Positions 16,445 to 25,320 are shown, numbered from the stretch's first letter. The stretch: 32,000 nucleotides of DNA from Delftia acidovorans NBRC 14950 (GCF_001598795.1 NZ_BCZP01000001.1:360001-392000); one strand, 5' to 3'. Notes: a model not told the origin generated them from the sequence alone. Program-made: numbers and translations.

Positions 16445-18837
16445 TTCATTTGGCGCCAGCTGGGGCGCAGGGATTGCTCGGGCATGCGGGCGAGGACGTT
16501 GCGGCGGCCATCGGTGTCGTAGCCAATGGCGTGATGGCCTTTGTTGAGCAATGTCTGGGATCCCCCGGAGACGGTTGCGCGCGAGGCTTCCTGATCCGCC
16601 GTGTCGTAGACGCCGTCGCCGTTGCTGTCCATCAATGGAACACTGGGCCGCTTGCCATCCATGATGTTCATGAGCGTCAGAAATTGGCTTTCCTCGCTCA
16701 CATTGCAGGCGTCAGCGGGACGGTTTATGGCTTCACCAGGACGCTTGGAGGATCTTGCGGGTATCTGGCTGTAGATCGCGAGGAGGTTGCTGCCGTCGTA
16801 GAAGCTCATCGGCTTGAGCAGGCGCTCACCTGACAGGGGAAGGTCCATGTACCAGCCTTTGTGCCGCGTCCAGTCGAGGTCGGTGGTGGAGTCCACTCGC
16901 CAGGTGCCACGGCCTACGATCCCTTGCGTCTGGGGGGTCACCGAGCGTTTGGCCAGCTCATCGATGCCGGATACAGGGGCTGGACGCTGCCCTGCAGGCA
17001 GCTTGCACTCAGAGTCCGAGTCACCCGTGCAAGGCTGTACCCGGCCGTCCGCGAGCAGCTTGTAGCGGGTGTTGTCGAGGATGGAATAGATGCTCTGCAC
17101 CGCCGTGTTGCCAGTGTCCTGCTGGGTGATGTTGCGTCCTGTGCCAAATGCCACCAGCATGCCGCCCACAGTCACGCGTTCATCGCTTCCTTTGGGTTCT
17201 GTGGTGGCGCTGTACCGGTCATTGGCGCGTACGGACGCAGGGGCGGTAATGGGCTGGCGCAGCGCGCGAGAGGCCGTTGGCGAGCTGCCACCCATGGCGG
17301 TGTACAGTGGCCGGCCGTCGAAGGCCACGCTCCAAGCGGAGGAAGCATCGCTGGCGATGATGAATTTCCACAGATTGCCCTGGAGGTCGCCCGCATAGAC
17401 CACATCGGGCCGGCCATCGCCATTGATGTCCACGAGGCGTGGTGCGGAGAGCCCATTGCTGGTGGTCTCCGGTCTGGTGCCGGTGGGGATGTCGCCTGTG
17501 GCCACGATGCGCAGCAGCTCCTGGTTGCCATCGAGGTACTGGATCAGCAGCACGGGTCGCTGGTTGATGCTGTGGTAGCCGTTGCCCGTCACCAGAGCCC
17601 AGCGGTTGTTGTTCAACTGCGTGATCTGGATGCTGCGTTGCGGGTTGGCATCGTCCCGTACGGGGGCTGCAAGGATATGGCCCAGGTCCCTGTCTTCCTG
17701 GCAAGTGGTGCGCTGCCAGAGGGCGGCGGAGATGGCGCAGTCACCGGGATTGCTGTTGCGGGCCTGGGTGCGGTCCAGCAGGACCAGCGTGCCGGCGCCG
17801 TGTTCGTTGAAAGCCTCTGGGTGCGTGATGTCCAGCACAAAGTAGCCTTTGGCACCGGCGCCCGGCATGCCTGCCAGCACGGTGCGCCACTGCGGGGATG
17901 CATGGCTGCCTGAGTTGATGTCGCCGCTCATGGCAGAGCCATCCACGAAGTAGCGATGCCGGGTGTCGTAATCGAGGTCGGAAAGGCGTGCCAGCCCCGA
18001 AATCACGCCACGGGGGATGTAGGCGATCTTCTCGCTGCCGTCAGTGGCAGAAAAGCCGTGCAGCATGCCGTCGTTGCCGCCCACGTAAATCATGGGCTGG
18101 CGCTTCTGCTGGGCGAGCGTATAGGCTGCGTAGCCCGGCAAAGGCGAGTTGTCCACAGGGCGGCCGGTGTGCCAGATCTGGGAGTTGACGATATCGCCCT
18201 GGCGCGAGCCGCGTTGGCGAAAAGGGTGGGCCGGGTCAGGGCGCGGCGGTTGTCCCGCAGCTTCCATGCGGCGGTCGCCACGTATGAAGTTGAACCTGTG
18301 CTTGCCCAGTTTGTCTGCCCTGCCTTCGGCATCGAGGCTGAAAGAGGCCTTCTGGGGGCGGTCCAGCTCATGCCATTTGAAAGACACGCCCCTTTGCAGT
18401 CTGTCACTCCAGGTGAGGATCAGGCGTTCATTGAGTACCTGTTGATCACTGAGTGCATCCAGGTGGTCAGCCGTGCTTTTGCCTTGCCAGCCGGCTGCTG
18501 CGGTGGTGCTCCCGTCGGCTTGGACGGTTTCTGCTTTGATCCAGCCGCTCCAGGCGGCTTTGGCGCTGTAGCGGGCCGTGAATATGTCCACGCCTGCCTG
18601 TGCAATCACGCTGCTGTTGGAAGTGGCGGAGCTGCTGCGGCCCTTGGTATCGGCTGTCTGGCCTGTCAGGCAGTCTTCAATGGGCGTGGCAAATTCGTTG
18701 TCTTCTCTCTGCGCCGGGGAAACTGGCGTGCCTGCCTCAGAGAAACTTTGGGCCTGGCTGTTTTGCGCGGCCAAGACTGCGGCGATCACGGCTGGCAGCA
18801 GGAGGGGGCGGAACCCAGGGTGGAAGAGATAAGGCAT
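16441..18837 (-). CDS. pilY1: PilY1 tip-associated adhesin, short form lacking the vWA module (cluster 2)
   Basis: 798 aa with a signal peptide. Aligns with residues from about 480 onward of the cluster-1 PilY1 ([43 protein letters not shown]). Calcium-loop-like DINGDGRPD at 17404-17430. Confidence 0.9.
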   Translation of the reverse strand: MPYLFHPGFRPLLLPAVIAAVLAAQNSQAQSFSEAGTPVSPAQREDNEFATPIEDCLTGQTADTKGRSSSATSNSSVIAQAGVDIFTARYSAKAAWSGWIKAETVQADGSTTAAAGWQGKSTADHLDALSDQQVLNERLILTWSDRLQRGVSFKWHELDRPQKASFSLDAEGRADKLGKHRFNFIRGDRRMEAAGQPPRPDPAHPFRQRGSRQGDIVNSQIWHTGRPVDNSPLPGYAAYTLAQQKRQPMIYVGGNDGMLHGFSATDGSEKIAYIPRGVISGLARLSDLDYDTRHRYFVDGSAMSGDINSGSHASPQWRTVLAGMPGAGAKGYFVLDITHPEAFNEHGAGTLVLLDRTQARNSNPGDCAISAALWQRTTCQEDRDLGHILAAPVRDDANPQRSIQITQLNNNRWALVTGNGYHSINQRPVLLIQYLDGNQELLRIVATGDIPTGTRPETTSNGLSAPRLVDINGDGRPDVVYAGDLQGNLWKFIIASDASSAWSVAFDGRPLYTAMGGSSPTASRALRQPITAPASVRANDRYSATTEPKGSDERVTVGGMLVAFGTGRNITQQDTGNTAVQSIYSILDNTRYKLLADGRVQPCTGDSDSECKLPAGQRPAPVSGIDELAKRSVTPQTQGIVGRGTWRVDSTTDLDWTRHKGWYMDLPLSGERLLKPMSFYDGSNLLAIYSQIPARSSKRPGEAINRPADACNVSEESQFLTLMNIMDGKRPSVPLMDSNGDGVYDTADQEASRATVSGGSQTLLNKGHHAIGYDTDGRRNVLARMPEQSLRPSWRQMK

Positions 18838-18852
18838 GTCAGGCGTTCTGAA

Positions 18853-19617
18853 TCAGTCGCGGCGCTTCTGGCGGACATAGGTCTGTTGCAGCACCACCTG
18901 GGTGGCGTTCTTGCGGCCGTGAGCGATGGCTGTGATGCGATAGATCACCTGGGGCTGCATGTAGAGGGCCAGACGGGGTGAGTCGTTTGCGATGAGACCT
19001 GAGTTCCCTGCGTTGGCGTCATAGGGCAGGATCTCTATCCAGTACCAACCCCCTTTCCCTGTCTCACGGCTTGCCAGGATGGGATTGCTCTTGCCCTCAG
19101 AAATGGCGCCCGTGAACTGGCCGTAGCGTGCGGCTACATCGGGGGCGGTCATCTGGCTCAGCGTGATCCCTTTGGTCTCGTCCACGTTGTTCCAGAAGTC
19201 CTGAGGCCCTGTGCGCTTGGTGCACAGGGCGTCTCGGCAGCTTGTGGGGGTGGCTCGGTTCAGGTTGGCCAGCAGCAGACCTACCTGCTGGGTTTCCTGG
19301 GGAAACTGGGTGATGGTTGCAGCGTTGCGGCAGACGGATGGCTGGCTGCTGTTGGCGATGCAGGCGGCGCCGTTGGCCTGTTCGCCTCGAATGTCCAGTT
19401 CGGCATCCTGCAGCAATGCCTGTGCAGCTTCGAGGGCGCGTTGGTAGTCGGCATCGTTGCCCACGAACATTTCGTTGAACAGGGCGCTGCGCGATGCCCA
19501 AAGTGCCAGCAGCATGGAAAGCATGACCAGGGTGATCACGATGAACAGTGCAACGCCTTTCTGGCGCTGCGCGGCACAGGTGTGGGCATGCCTCATGCCT
19601 GCTGCTTTGGCGGTCAT
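18853..19617 (-). CDS. pilX: Type IV pilus assembly protein PilX (cluster 2)
   Basis: QKGVALFIVITLVMLSMLLALWASRSALFNEMFVGNDADYQRALEAAQALLQDAELDIRG is closely parallel to the cluster-1 PilX. ATGA overlap with the pilW-2 stop. Confidence 0.8.
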   Translation of the reverse strand: MTAKAAGMRHAHTCAAQRQKGVALFIVITLVMLSMLLALWASRSALFNEMFVGNDADYQRALEAAQALLQDAELDIRGEQANGAACIANSSQPSVCRNAATITQFPQETQQVGLLLANLNRATPTSCRDALCTKRTGPQDFWNNVDETKGITLSQMTAPDVAARYGQFTGAISEGKSNPILASRETGKGGWYWIEILPYDANAGNSGLIANDSPRLALYMQPQVIYRITAIAHGRKNATQVVLQQTYVRQKRRD

Positions 19618-20492
19618 CCAGCCATCCCCTGGCTGCGCAACTGATACACGCTGCGAAAGACCATGTGCAGGCGCCGGGTCCTGGGCGCCGGCAGCGTGGT
19701 CATGTCGATGGATGATTCGGCTTTGCCGTCACTGCTTGCGCAATCGGTGTAGCGGCTGTCGGCGGGCATGTTGATGACTTCGGTTCCGAAAAGCACCAGA
19801 CAGACCTCGGCGGCAACGACGCGTGACCAGTCCTGGCCCACGGCGGCTGCGTTGACGTACTGCAGGCGTGCATCACCTTTCGGCGACTGGATCAGATAGC
19901 GCACCTGGAAGTTGGCGACGTTCTGGGCCAGTGGCTGGGCTCCCGCAGAGGGTGCTCCGGTGCAGCGCAGGGTGTTTTTGCGGGCGTCCAGCACAAAGCG
20001 GCTCAGGATCAGGTTGTGGCTGTTGGTCTGGCCCAGGCAATTGCGCTGCAGTGAAGTTTCGATGGCCGAGCCGTGCAGCGGTTGCGTGTAGTTGCTGTAG
20101 CCCACGGTGAGCTTGTATTGAGCGCGGCCTGGCGCATCAAGGCCCAAGATGGTGTCGTGCGCAGGGTCGAAATCTTGTGCGCTCGCCTCGAATGCAACGG
20201 GGTCCGCCACGTCAACGGTGTCTGTTCCCTTTTTTCCAGACGAGAGAAGCAGCCGAAGAGACCCCGCCTGCCGGATCTGCCGGCCCATGACGCGGAAGAT
20301 ATGGGATGCCTGCTGCTGCAGATGGCTGGCATCGCTGACGGTGCCGGAGACGGCGCGTGATGCCATGAGTGCGCCCAGGGCCACTGCGATGATCAACATT
20401 CCCAGGAGAAGGCCCACCAGCAGTTCGACCAGGCTCAGGCCCCGTTGACCAGGCTGCACCAGCGTTGCGGCGGCGATGTGGGTGTGCTTCAT
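19614..20492 (-). CDS. pilW: Type IV pilus minor pilin PilW (cluster 2)
   Basis: MKHTHIAAATLVQPGQRG|LSLVELLVGLLLGML, and VSGTVSDASHLQQQASHIFRVMGRQIRQAG parallels the cluster-1 PilW. ATG 20492 forms an ATGA overlap with the pilV-2 stop. Confidence 0.8.
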   Translation of the reverse strand: MKHTHIAAATLVQPGQRGLSLVELLVGLLLGMLIIAVALGALMASRAVSGTVSDASHLQQQASHIFRVMGRQIRQAGSLRLLLSSGKKGTDTVDVADPVAFEASAQDFDPAHDTILGLDAPGRAQYKLTVGYSNYTQPLHGSAIETSLQRNCLGQTNSHNLILSRFVLDARKNTLRCTGAPSAGAQPLAQNVANFQVRYLIQSPKGDARLQYVNAAAVGQDWSRVVAAEVCLVLFGTEVINMPADSRYTDCASSDGKAESSIDMTTLPAPRTRRLHMVFRSVYQLRSQGMAG

Positions 20493-21109
20493 GGGCTTGC
20501 GCAGAAGAACTGGACTGCGTTGTTGGCAAGATATGGCGCGCAACGGGCGCTGAGCGCTATGTATTGCAGGTGGCAGGTTCTGCCGGTGGGGCAGGCCATG
20601 GCTTCGTCGCCGTGTGTGCCATCGCTATGGAGTCCGATAGGTTTTTTGTAGCCGGCTTTGCTGGATTTCTCGTTTTCACGCCAGCTGATCACGATGCTCA
20701 GGTGGCGTCCGTTGCTGGTGTCGTCTTTTGCAGGGATGACCTTGGCGGCTCCGCCTGGCAGCAGTTGGTGCACGGAAGCCTTCCACAGCGCGAGGTTGTA
20801 GCGGGCCAGCGTTTCCGGGTCGCATGGTGTGGCGCTGCAGTCGGCGGTGGATTCAGGGGTGTGATCCCAATCGGATTCGTAATTGCCCATCTGCCCGAGG
20901 GAATTGGGATTGGCGTGGGTGCGCTCGCTGAAGTCTTCGATCAGCCGGATGGCCTGAGCGCGGCGCACGCCGCTTTGGGTGTCGGCCAGGGTGCGCATCT
21001 GCAGGCTCAGGATTCCCAGAACACCCAAGGCCGTGACGACGGTGGCCACCAGGGTTTCGATCAGGGTGAAGCCTTTGGCGTGCCGAGCGTGGGTACTTGT
21101 CAGGCGCAT
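20489..21109 (-). CDS. pilV: Type IV pilus modification/minor pilin protein PilV (cluster 2)
   Basis: MRLTSTHARHAKG|FTLIETLVATVVTALGVLGIL plus RAQAIRLIEDFSER. Start ATG 21109 overlaps the fimT-2 3' end by 10 nt. Confidence 0.8.
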   Translation of the reverse strand: MRLTSTHARHAKGFTLIETLVATVVTALGVLGILSLQMRTLADTQSGVRRAQAIRLIEDFSERTHANPNSLGQMGNYESDWDHTPESTADCSATPCDPETLARYNLALWKASVHQLLPGGAAKVIPAKDDTSNGRHLSIVISWRENEKSSKAGYKKPIGLHSDGTHGDEAMACPTGRTCHLQYIALSARCAPYLANNAVQFFCASP

Positions 21110-21663
21110 GGAATGCCTTCCCGGCCGACCACCCGGATACGTCCGCCGGACGAAACGCAGACGCCTTTCGCTGCGGCAGAGACGAGGCCGGCGGAAGACG
21201 GGGCGATGGCGAAGCCCATGGCAGTGAATCCACCCATTTGTCCCCACCGGTCCACACTGATGATGGCGGCGGATCTGGAGCGGATGACAAGGGTGCGAGC
21301 GGGAGTGTCGAAGCGCTGTAGTTCTTCCCGGGGATCCCAGCGCCTGTTGCCATTGCGGTCAACGAACACCACCCAGCCGCAGCCCCAGTCCACGTGACGT
21401 GCAGCCAGAGTGCAGCCGTTGGTGCCTTGGGGTAGCTTCTGGATGAAGACGCCGCCCCCGCGCCGGACTGCTTCGGAGCGCGCGTATTGCAGCGTCGACT
21501 GCAGGCCCTCCACGGTCTGGCGAACGCGCCATTGCTCGATGAGGAGGTGGAAGCTGGGTGCTGCCAGCGTGGTGAGCACGGCGAGGATGGCGCCGACCAC
21601 CATCATCTCGATGGCGGTGAAGCCTTTTGAGCCCAGGTGGGCCTGAGGCCAGGTCGATGACAT
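21100..21663 (-). CDS. fimT: GspH/FimT-family minor pilin with C-terminal GRxR motif (cluster 2)
   Basis: HLGSKG|FTAIEMMVVGAILAVLTTLAAPSF, then QWRVRQTVEGLQSTLQYARSEAVRRG. GRIR is encoded at 21133-21144. GGGGAGGG SD lies upstream of ATG 21663. Confidence 0.75.
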   Translation of the reverse strand: MSSTWPQAHLGSKGFTAIEMMVVGAILAVLTTLAAPSFHLLIEQWRVRQTVEGLQSTLQYARSEAVRRGGGVFIQKLPQGTNGCTLAARHVDWGCGWVVFVDRNGNRRWDPREELQRFDTPARTLVIRSRSAAIISVDRWGQMGGFTAMGFAIAPSSAGLVSAAAKGVCVSSGGRIRVVGREGIPCA

Positions 21664-21911
21664 GTCTTGAAACCCTCCCCGTCGATCTGCTTGCGAAGCG
21701 CTGGTTGTTTTTGCGTGCCGCTCAATCTATTGGGGTTGTTCGTACATGTCTTTCAGACAAATCTGTTTCTGTCCTCAACAACTAGGAGTCGTGCCGTTGG
21801 TGCGGGGTCATCCGGCGTGACGATGCGTCAAAAAATCCAATGGTGACAAGGTGTTGTTGGCTTTGTCGCTATCGGACTCCTGGGTAGGACTGTTTTTTGT
21901 TGGGAGAACGC

Positions 21912-22226
21912 TCAGCGCTGCTGTCTGCCGGGTGGCGGCCGGGTATATCCGGCGCATGCCCCGGCGTTGTGCCTGCCCTGGCATTCGCGGTACAGCCGCT
22001 TGTCGCGTTGCTCGGGCGATTCCTCGGAGCTGCTGCGCTGGGTTGGAACACGGACCCGCTGTCCGCCTTTTTTGCGCTTGGCGCCTTGCGCAGCCGATGT
22101 GTCGGAGCCGTGTGGGCTCGCCTGGGCCGGCAGGGCCAGGCAAAGGGCCGCGACCAGGCACAGCAGGGTGCATTGCTGCCGATGTGCGCGCCAGGTTGCA
22201 GCAGTGAATGAAAAACGCGTTGCCAT
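21912..22226 (-). CDS. Small exported hypothetical protein (104 aa)
   Basis: ATG 22226 is preceded by GGGAGGG SD. Signal-peptide-like N-terminus ...LLCLVAALCLALPAQA|SP. Basic and Ser-rich middle. C-terminal RLYRECQGRHNAGACAGY with two Cys. Confidence 0.55.
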   Translation of the reverse strand: MATRFSFTAATWRAHRQQCTLLCLVAALCLALPAQASPHGSDTSAAQGAKRKKGGQRVRVPTQRSSSEESPEQRDKRLYRECQGRHNAGACAGYTRPPPGRQQR

Positions 22227-22342
22227 GGTGTTGCCCTCCCGTGATCTATGAATGTCTGCAGGCTTCGCGGCATTCTGGGCGGGCTGTCGGCCGGCGCGGT
22301 GTGGGGCCACAAAGCATGTGTGGATGCTGGACAGGGCGTGCT

Positions 22343-22351
22343 TGTTATAAT
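22343..22351 (+). promoter_or_regulatory. Candidate extended -10 promoter element for rpsO
   Basis: TGTTATAAT (TGn + TATAAT) lies about 115 nt upstream of the rpsO ATG. I found no convincing -35. Confidence 0.3.
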
Positions 22352-22465
22352 CCCAGGGTTTTGCATGGTGCAAGACGCACGTCGGGGCCTTTCCAGTCCC
22401 GGCGCAAGTAACCAAGGCTGCCTCCCTGCTTTTGTCTGTGAGGGGCCAATTTCAAAGGAAAAAAA

Positions 22466-22732
22466 ATGATCGCATCTTCCGTGAAGGCTGAAGTCGTCAA
22501 GTCCAACGCACGCTCTGCCAACGATACTGGCAGCCCAGAAGTGCAAGTGGCCCTGCTGACCGCACGCATCAACGAGCTGACCCCTCACTTCAAGCAACAC
22601 GCCAAGGACCACCACGGTCGTCGCGGCCTGCTGCGCATGGTGAGCCGTCGTCGCAAGCTGCTGGACTACCTCAAGTCCAAGGACGCTGATCGCTACACCG
22701 CACTGATCGCCAAGCTGGGCCTGCGCAAGTAA
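22466..22732 (+). CDS. rpsO: 30S ribosomal protein S15
   Basis: 88 aa. [48 protein letters not shown] is unmistakably S15. Confidence 0.97.
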   Translation: MIASSVKAEVVKSNARSANDTGSPEVQVALLTARINELTPHFKQHAKDHHGRRGLLRMVSRRRKLLDYLKSKDADRYTALIAKLGLRK

Positions 22733-22750
22733 GCACGGTGGGAGATCAAA

Positions 22751-22786
22751 ACGCCTGAGTTAGCCTGTCTAGCTCAGGCGTTTTTT
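22751..22786 (+). terminator. Rho-independent terminator/attenuator between rpsO and pnp
   Basis: ACGCCTGAG (22751-22759) pairs with CTCAGGCG (22773-22780), followed by T6 (22781-22786). Confidence 0.75.
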
Positions 22787-22818
22787 ACTTCGGAGAATGC
22801 AAGACAGAGCGAAGCTGT

Positions 22819-22869
22819 GTCATTCCAATGCTGCTGATTTGATAGCAGTGAATCCAGCACTGGAATGGC
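22819..22869 (+). promoter_or_regulatory. Structured pnp 5' leader hairpin (candidate RNase III / PNPase autoregulation site)
   Basis: Outer 9-bp stem GTCATTCCA (22819-22827) with TGGAATGGC (22861-22869), including one G-U pair. It encloses an inner stem CTGCT (22831-22835) / AGCAG (22844-22848). Assignment is by analogy to the E. coli pnp leader. Confidence 0.35.
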
Positions 22870-22939
22870 ATCGTGTTCTGAATTGCTCTCCATCATGGCC
22901 CGATGAGTGCATCGGTCCACCCATTCCAAAGGAGCAACA

Positions 22940-25201
22940 ATGTCCATCTTCAACAAAGTCACCAAGACCTTCCAGTGGGGCCAGCACACGGTCACCATGG
23001 AAACCGGCGAGATCGCCCGCCAGGCTTCCGGCGCCGTGCTGGTCAACATCGATGACACCGTGGTGCTTGCCACCGTGGTGGCGTCCAAGCAGGCCAAGTC
23101 CGGCCAGGACTTCTTCCCGCTGACCGTCGATTACATCGAGAAGACCTACGCCGCAGGCAAGATCCCCGGTAGCTTCTTCAAGCGCGAAGCCAAGCCCAGC
23201 GAACTCGAAACCTTGACCAGCCGCCTGATCGACCGCCCGATCCGCCCGCTGTTCCCCGAAGGTTTCTACAACGACGTGCACGTGGTCATCCACACCGTGT
23301 CGCTGAACCCCGAAGTCGATGCAGACATCGCTGCCCTGATCGCCACCTCGGCTGCCCTGTCCGTGTCGGGCATTCCTTTCAATGGCCCCATCGGTGCTGC
23401 CCGCGTGGGTTACATCAATGGCGAGTACGTGCTCAACCCCGGTCAGACCCAGCGCAAGGATTCGCAGATGGATCTGGTCGTGGCTGGTACCGAAGCCGCC
23501 GTGCTGATGGTGGAGTCCGAAGCGCAGCAACTGCCTGAAGACGTGATGCTGGGCGCCGTGGTCTTTGGCCACGAGCAAGGCCGCATCGCCATCGACGCCA
23601 TCCATGAGCTGGTGCGCGAAGCCGGCAAGTCAGTCTGGGACTGGGTCGCTCCCGCCAAGGATGAAGAGCTGATCGCCAAGGTGGCGGCACTGGGCGACGA
23701 AGCCCTGCGCACGGCCTACCAGATCCGCAACAAGCAAAGCCGCACGCAAGCCTGCCGCGAAGCCTACGCCGCCGTGAAGGCCGGCCTGACGGCCCAGGGC
23801 GTGGAGTTCGACGGCGTCAAGGTCGAAGGCATGCTGTTCGACATCGAGGCACGCATCGTTCGCAGCCAGATCCTGGCCGGCGAGCCGCGCATCGACGGCC
23901 GTGACACGCGCACCGTGCGCCCCATCGAAATCCGCAACTCCGTGCTGCCCCGCACGCACGGCTCGGCCCTGTTCACGCGCGGCGAGACGCAGGCTCTGGT
24001 CGTGTCCACGCTGGGCACCGAGCGTGACGCGCAGCGCATCGATGCGCTGGCTGGCGAGTTCGAGGACCGCTTCCTGTTCCACTACAACATGCCTCCCTTT
24101 GCCACCGGCGAAGTGGGCCGTATGGGCTCGACCAAGCGCCGCGAAATCGGCCACGGCCGCCTGGCCAAGCGCGCCCTGGCGGCCTGCCTGCCCAGCAAGG
24201 AAGAATTCCCCTACACCATCCGCGTGGTGTCGGAAATCACCGAGTCCAACGGCTCCTCGTCCATGGCTTCGGTCTGCGGCGGCTGCCTGTCGATGATGGA
24301 TGCGGGCGTTCCGATGAAGGCCCACGTGGCCGGCATCGCCATGGGCCTGATCAAGGAAGACAACCGCTTCGCCGTGCTGACCGACATCCTGGGTGATGAA
24401 GATCATCTGGGCGACATGGACTTCAAGGTGGCCGGTACGACCAGCGGCATTACCGCACTGCAGATGGACATCAAGATCCAGGGCATCACCAAGGAAATCA
24501 TGCAGGTCGCCCTGGCCCAGGCCAAGGAAGCGCGTATGCACATCCTGGGCAAGATGCAGGAAGCCATGGGCGAAGCCAAGGCCGAGATCTCGTCCTTCGC
24601 TCCCAAGCTGTACACGATGAAGATCAACCCCGAGAAGATCCGTGACGTGATCGGCAAGGGCGGCTCCACCATCCGTGCACTGACCGAAGAGACCGGCACG
24701 CAGATCGACATCGGCGAAGACGGCACCATCACCATTGCCTCCAGCGATGCCGCCAAGGCCGACGAAGCCAAGCGCCGCATCGAAGAGATCACGGCCGAAG
24801 TTGAAATCGGCAAGATCTACGAAGGCCCGGTCACCAAGATCCTGGACTTCGGTGCTCTCGTGAACCTGCTGCCCGGCAAGGACGGTCTGCTGCACATCAG
24901 CCAGATTGCCCACGAGCGCGTGGAGCGCGTCGCCGACTACCTGCAGGAAGGCCAGATCATCAAGGTCAAGGTCATGGAGACCGACGAAAAGGGTCGTGTC
25001 AAGCTGTCGCTGAAGGCGCTGACCGAGCGTCCTGCCGGCATGGAGCGCAGCGAGCGCCCCGCGCCTGCCGAGCGTGAGTTCCGCCAGCCGCGTGAGCCCC
25101 GCCAGCAGCGCGAGTTCCGCGAGCCGCGTGAACCCCGCGAGCCCCGTGACGGCGGCCGTCCGGCTGCCGAGGGCGAGCAGCAACAGCAACAGCAGCAGTA
25201 A
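22940..25201 (+). CDS. pnp: Polyribonucleotide nucleotidyltransferase (PNPase) with a 59-aa low-complexity C-terminal tail
   Basis: [29 protein letters not shown] is preceded by an AAAGGAG SD. Two RNase PH domains, KH ([11 protein letters not shown]) and S1 ([19 protein letters not shown]) are present. The upstream in-frame start at 22907 was rejected. Confidence 0.97.
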   Translation: MSIFNKVTKTFQWGQHTVTMETGEIARQASGAVLVNIDDTVVLATVVASKQAKSGQDFFPLTVDYIEKTYAAGKIPGSFFKREAKPSELETLTSRLIDRPIRPLFPEGFYNDVHVVIHTVSLNPEVDADIAALIATSAALSVSGIPFNGPIGAARVGYINGEYVLNPGQTQRKDSQMDLVVAGTEAAVLMVESEAQQLPEDVMLGAVVFGHEQGRIAIDAIHELVREAGKSVWDWVAPAKDEELIAKVAALGDEALRTAYQIRNKQSRTQACREAYAAVKAGLTAQGVEFDGVKVEGMLFDIEARIVRSQILAGEPRIDGRDTRTVRPIEIRNSVLPRTHGSALFTRGETQALVVSTLGTERDAQRIDALAGEFEDRFLFHYNMPPFATGEVGRMGSTKRREIGHGRLAKRALAACLPSKEEFPYTIRVVSEITESNGSSSMASVCGGCLSMMDAGVPMKAHVAGIAMGLIKEDNRFAVLTDILGDEDHLGDMDFKVAGTTSGITALQMDIKIQGITKEIMQVALAQAKEARMHILGKMQEAMGEAKAEISSFAPKLYTMKINPEKIRDVIGKGGSTIRALTEETGTQIDIGEDGTITIASSDAAKADEAKRRIEEITAEVEIGKIYEGPVTKILDFGALVNLLPGKDGLLHISQIAHERVERVADYLQEGQIIKVKVMETDEKGRVKLSLKALTERPAGMERSERPAPAEREFRQPREPRQQREFREPREPREPRDGGRPAAEGEQQQQQQQ

Positions 25202-25263
25202 TGCCCGGCAAGGCCATTCCCCAAAAGGGGGTGGCCTTGCAGGTGCATGTGGTGACTGGCAAA

Positions 25264-25299
25264 AAGCGCTGACCTGTTCAGCGCTTGTGGCATTTTTGA
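25264..25299 (+). terminator. Probable pnp terminator
   Basis: 9-bp stem AAGCGCTGA (25264-25272) / TCAGCGCTT (25278-25286), with a T5 run shortly after (25293-25297). A second long hairpin, GCAAGGCCA (25208-25216) / TGGCCTTGC (25232-25240), precedes it without a U-tract. Confidence 0.5.
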
Positions 25300-25320
25300 C
25301 AGGGATTGCGAGGTCGAAAG

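Noticed and set aside
16861-18981. Two long plus-strand ORFs (350 and 341 aa)
   Set aside because: They are antisense to pilY1-2, whose translation aligns block by block with pilY1-1.
21794-21802. CCGTTGGTG resembling the AlgR-type CCGTTCGTC box upstream of fimT-2
   Set aside because: It is a single imperfect 9-mer in GC-rich DNA, I am recalling the consensus from Pseudomonas only, and there is no evidence that this lineage uses AlgR/FimS. It is too weak to call.
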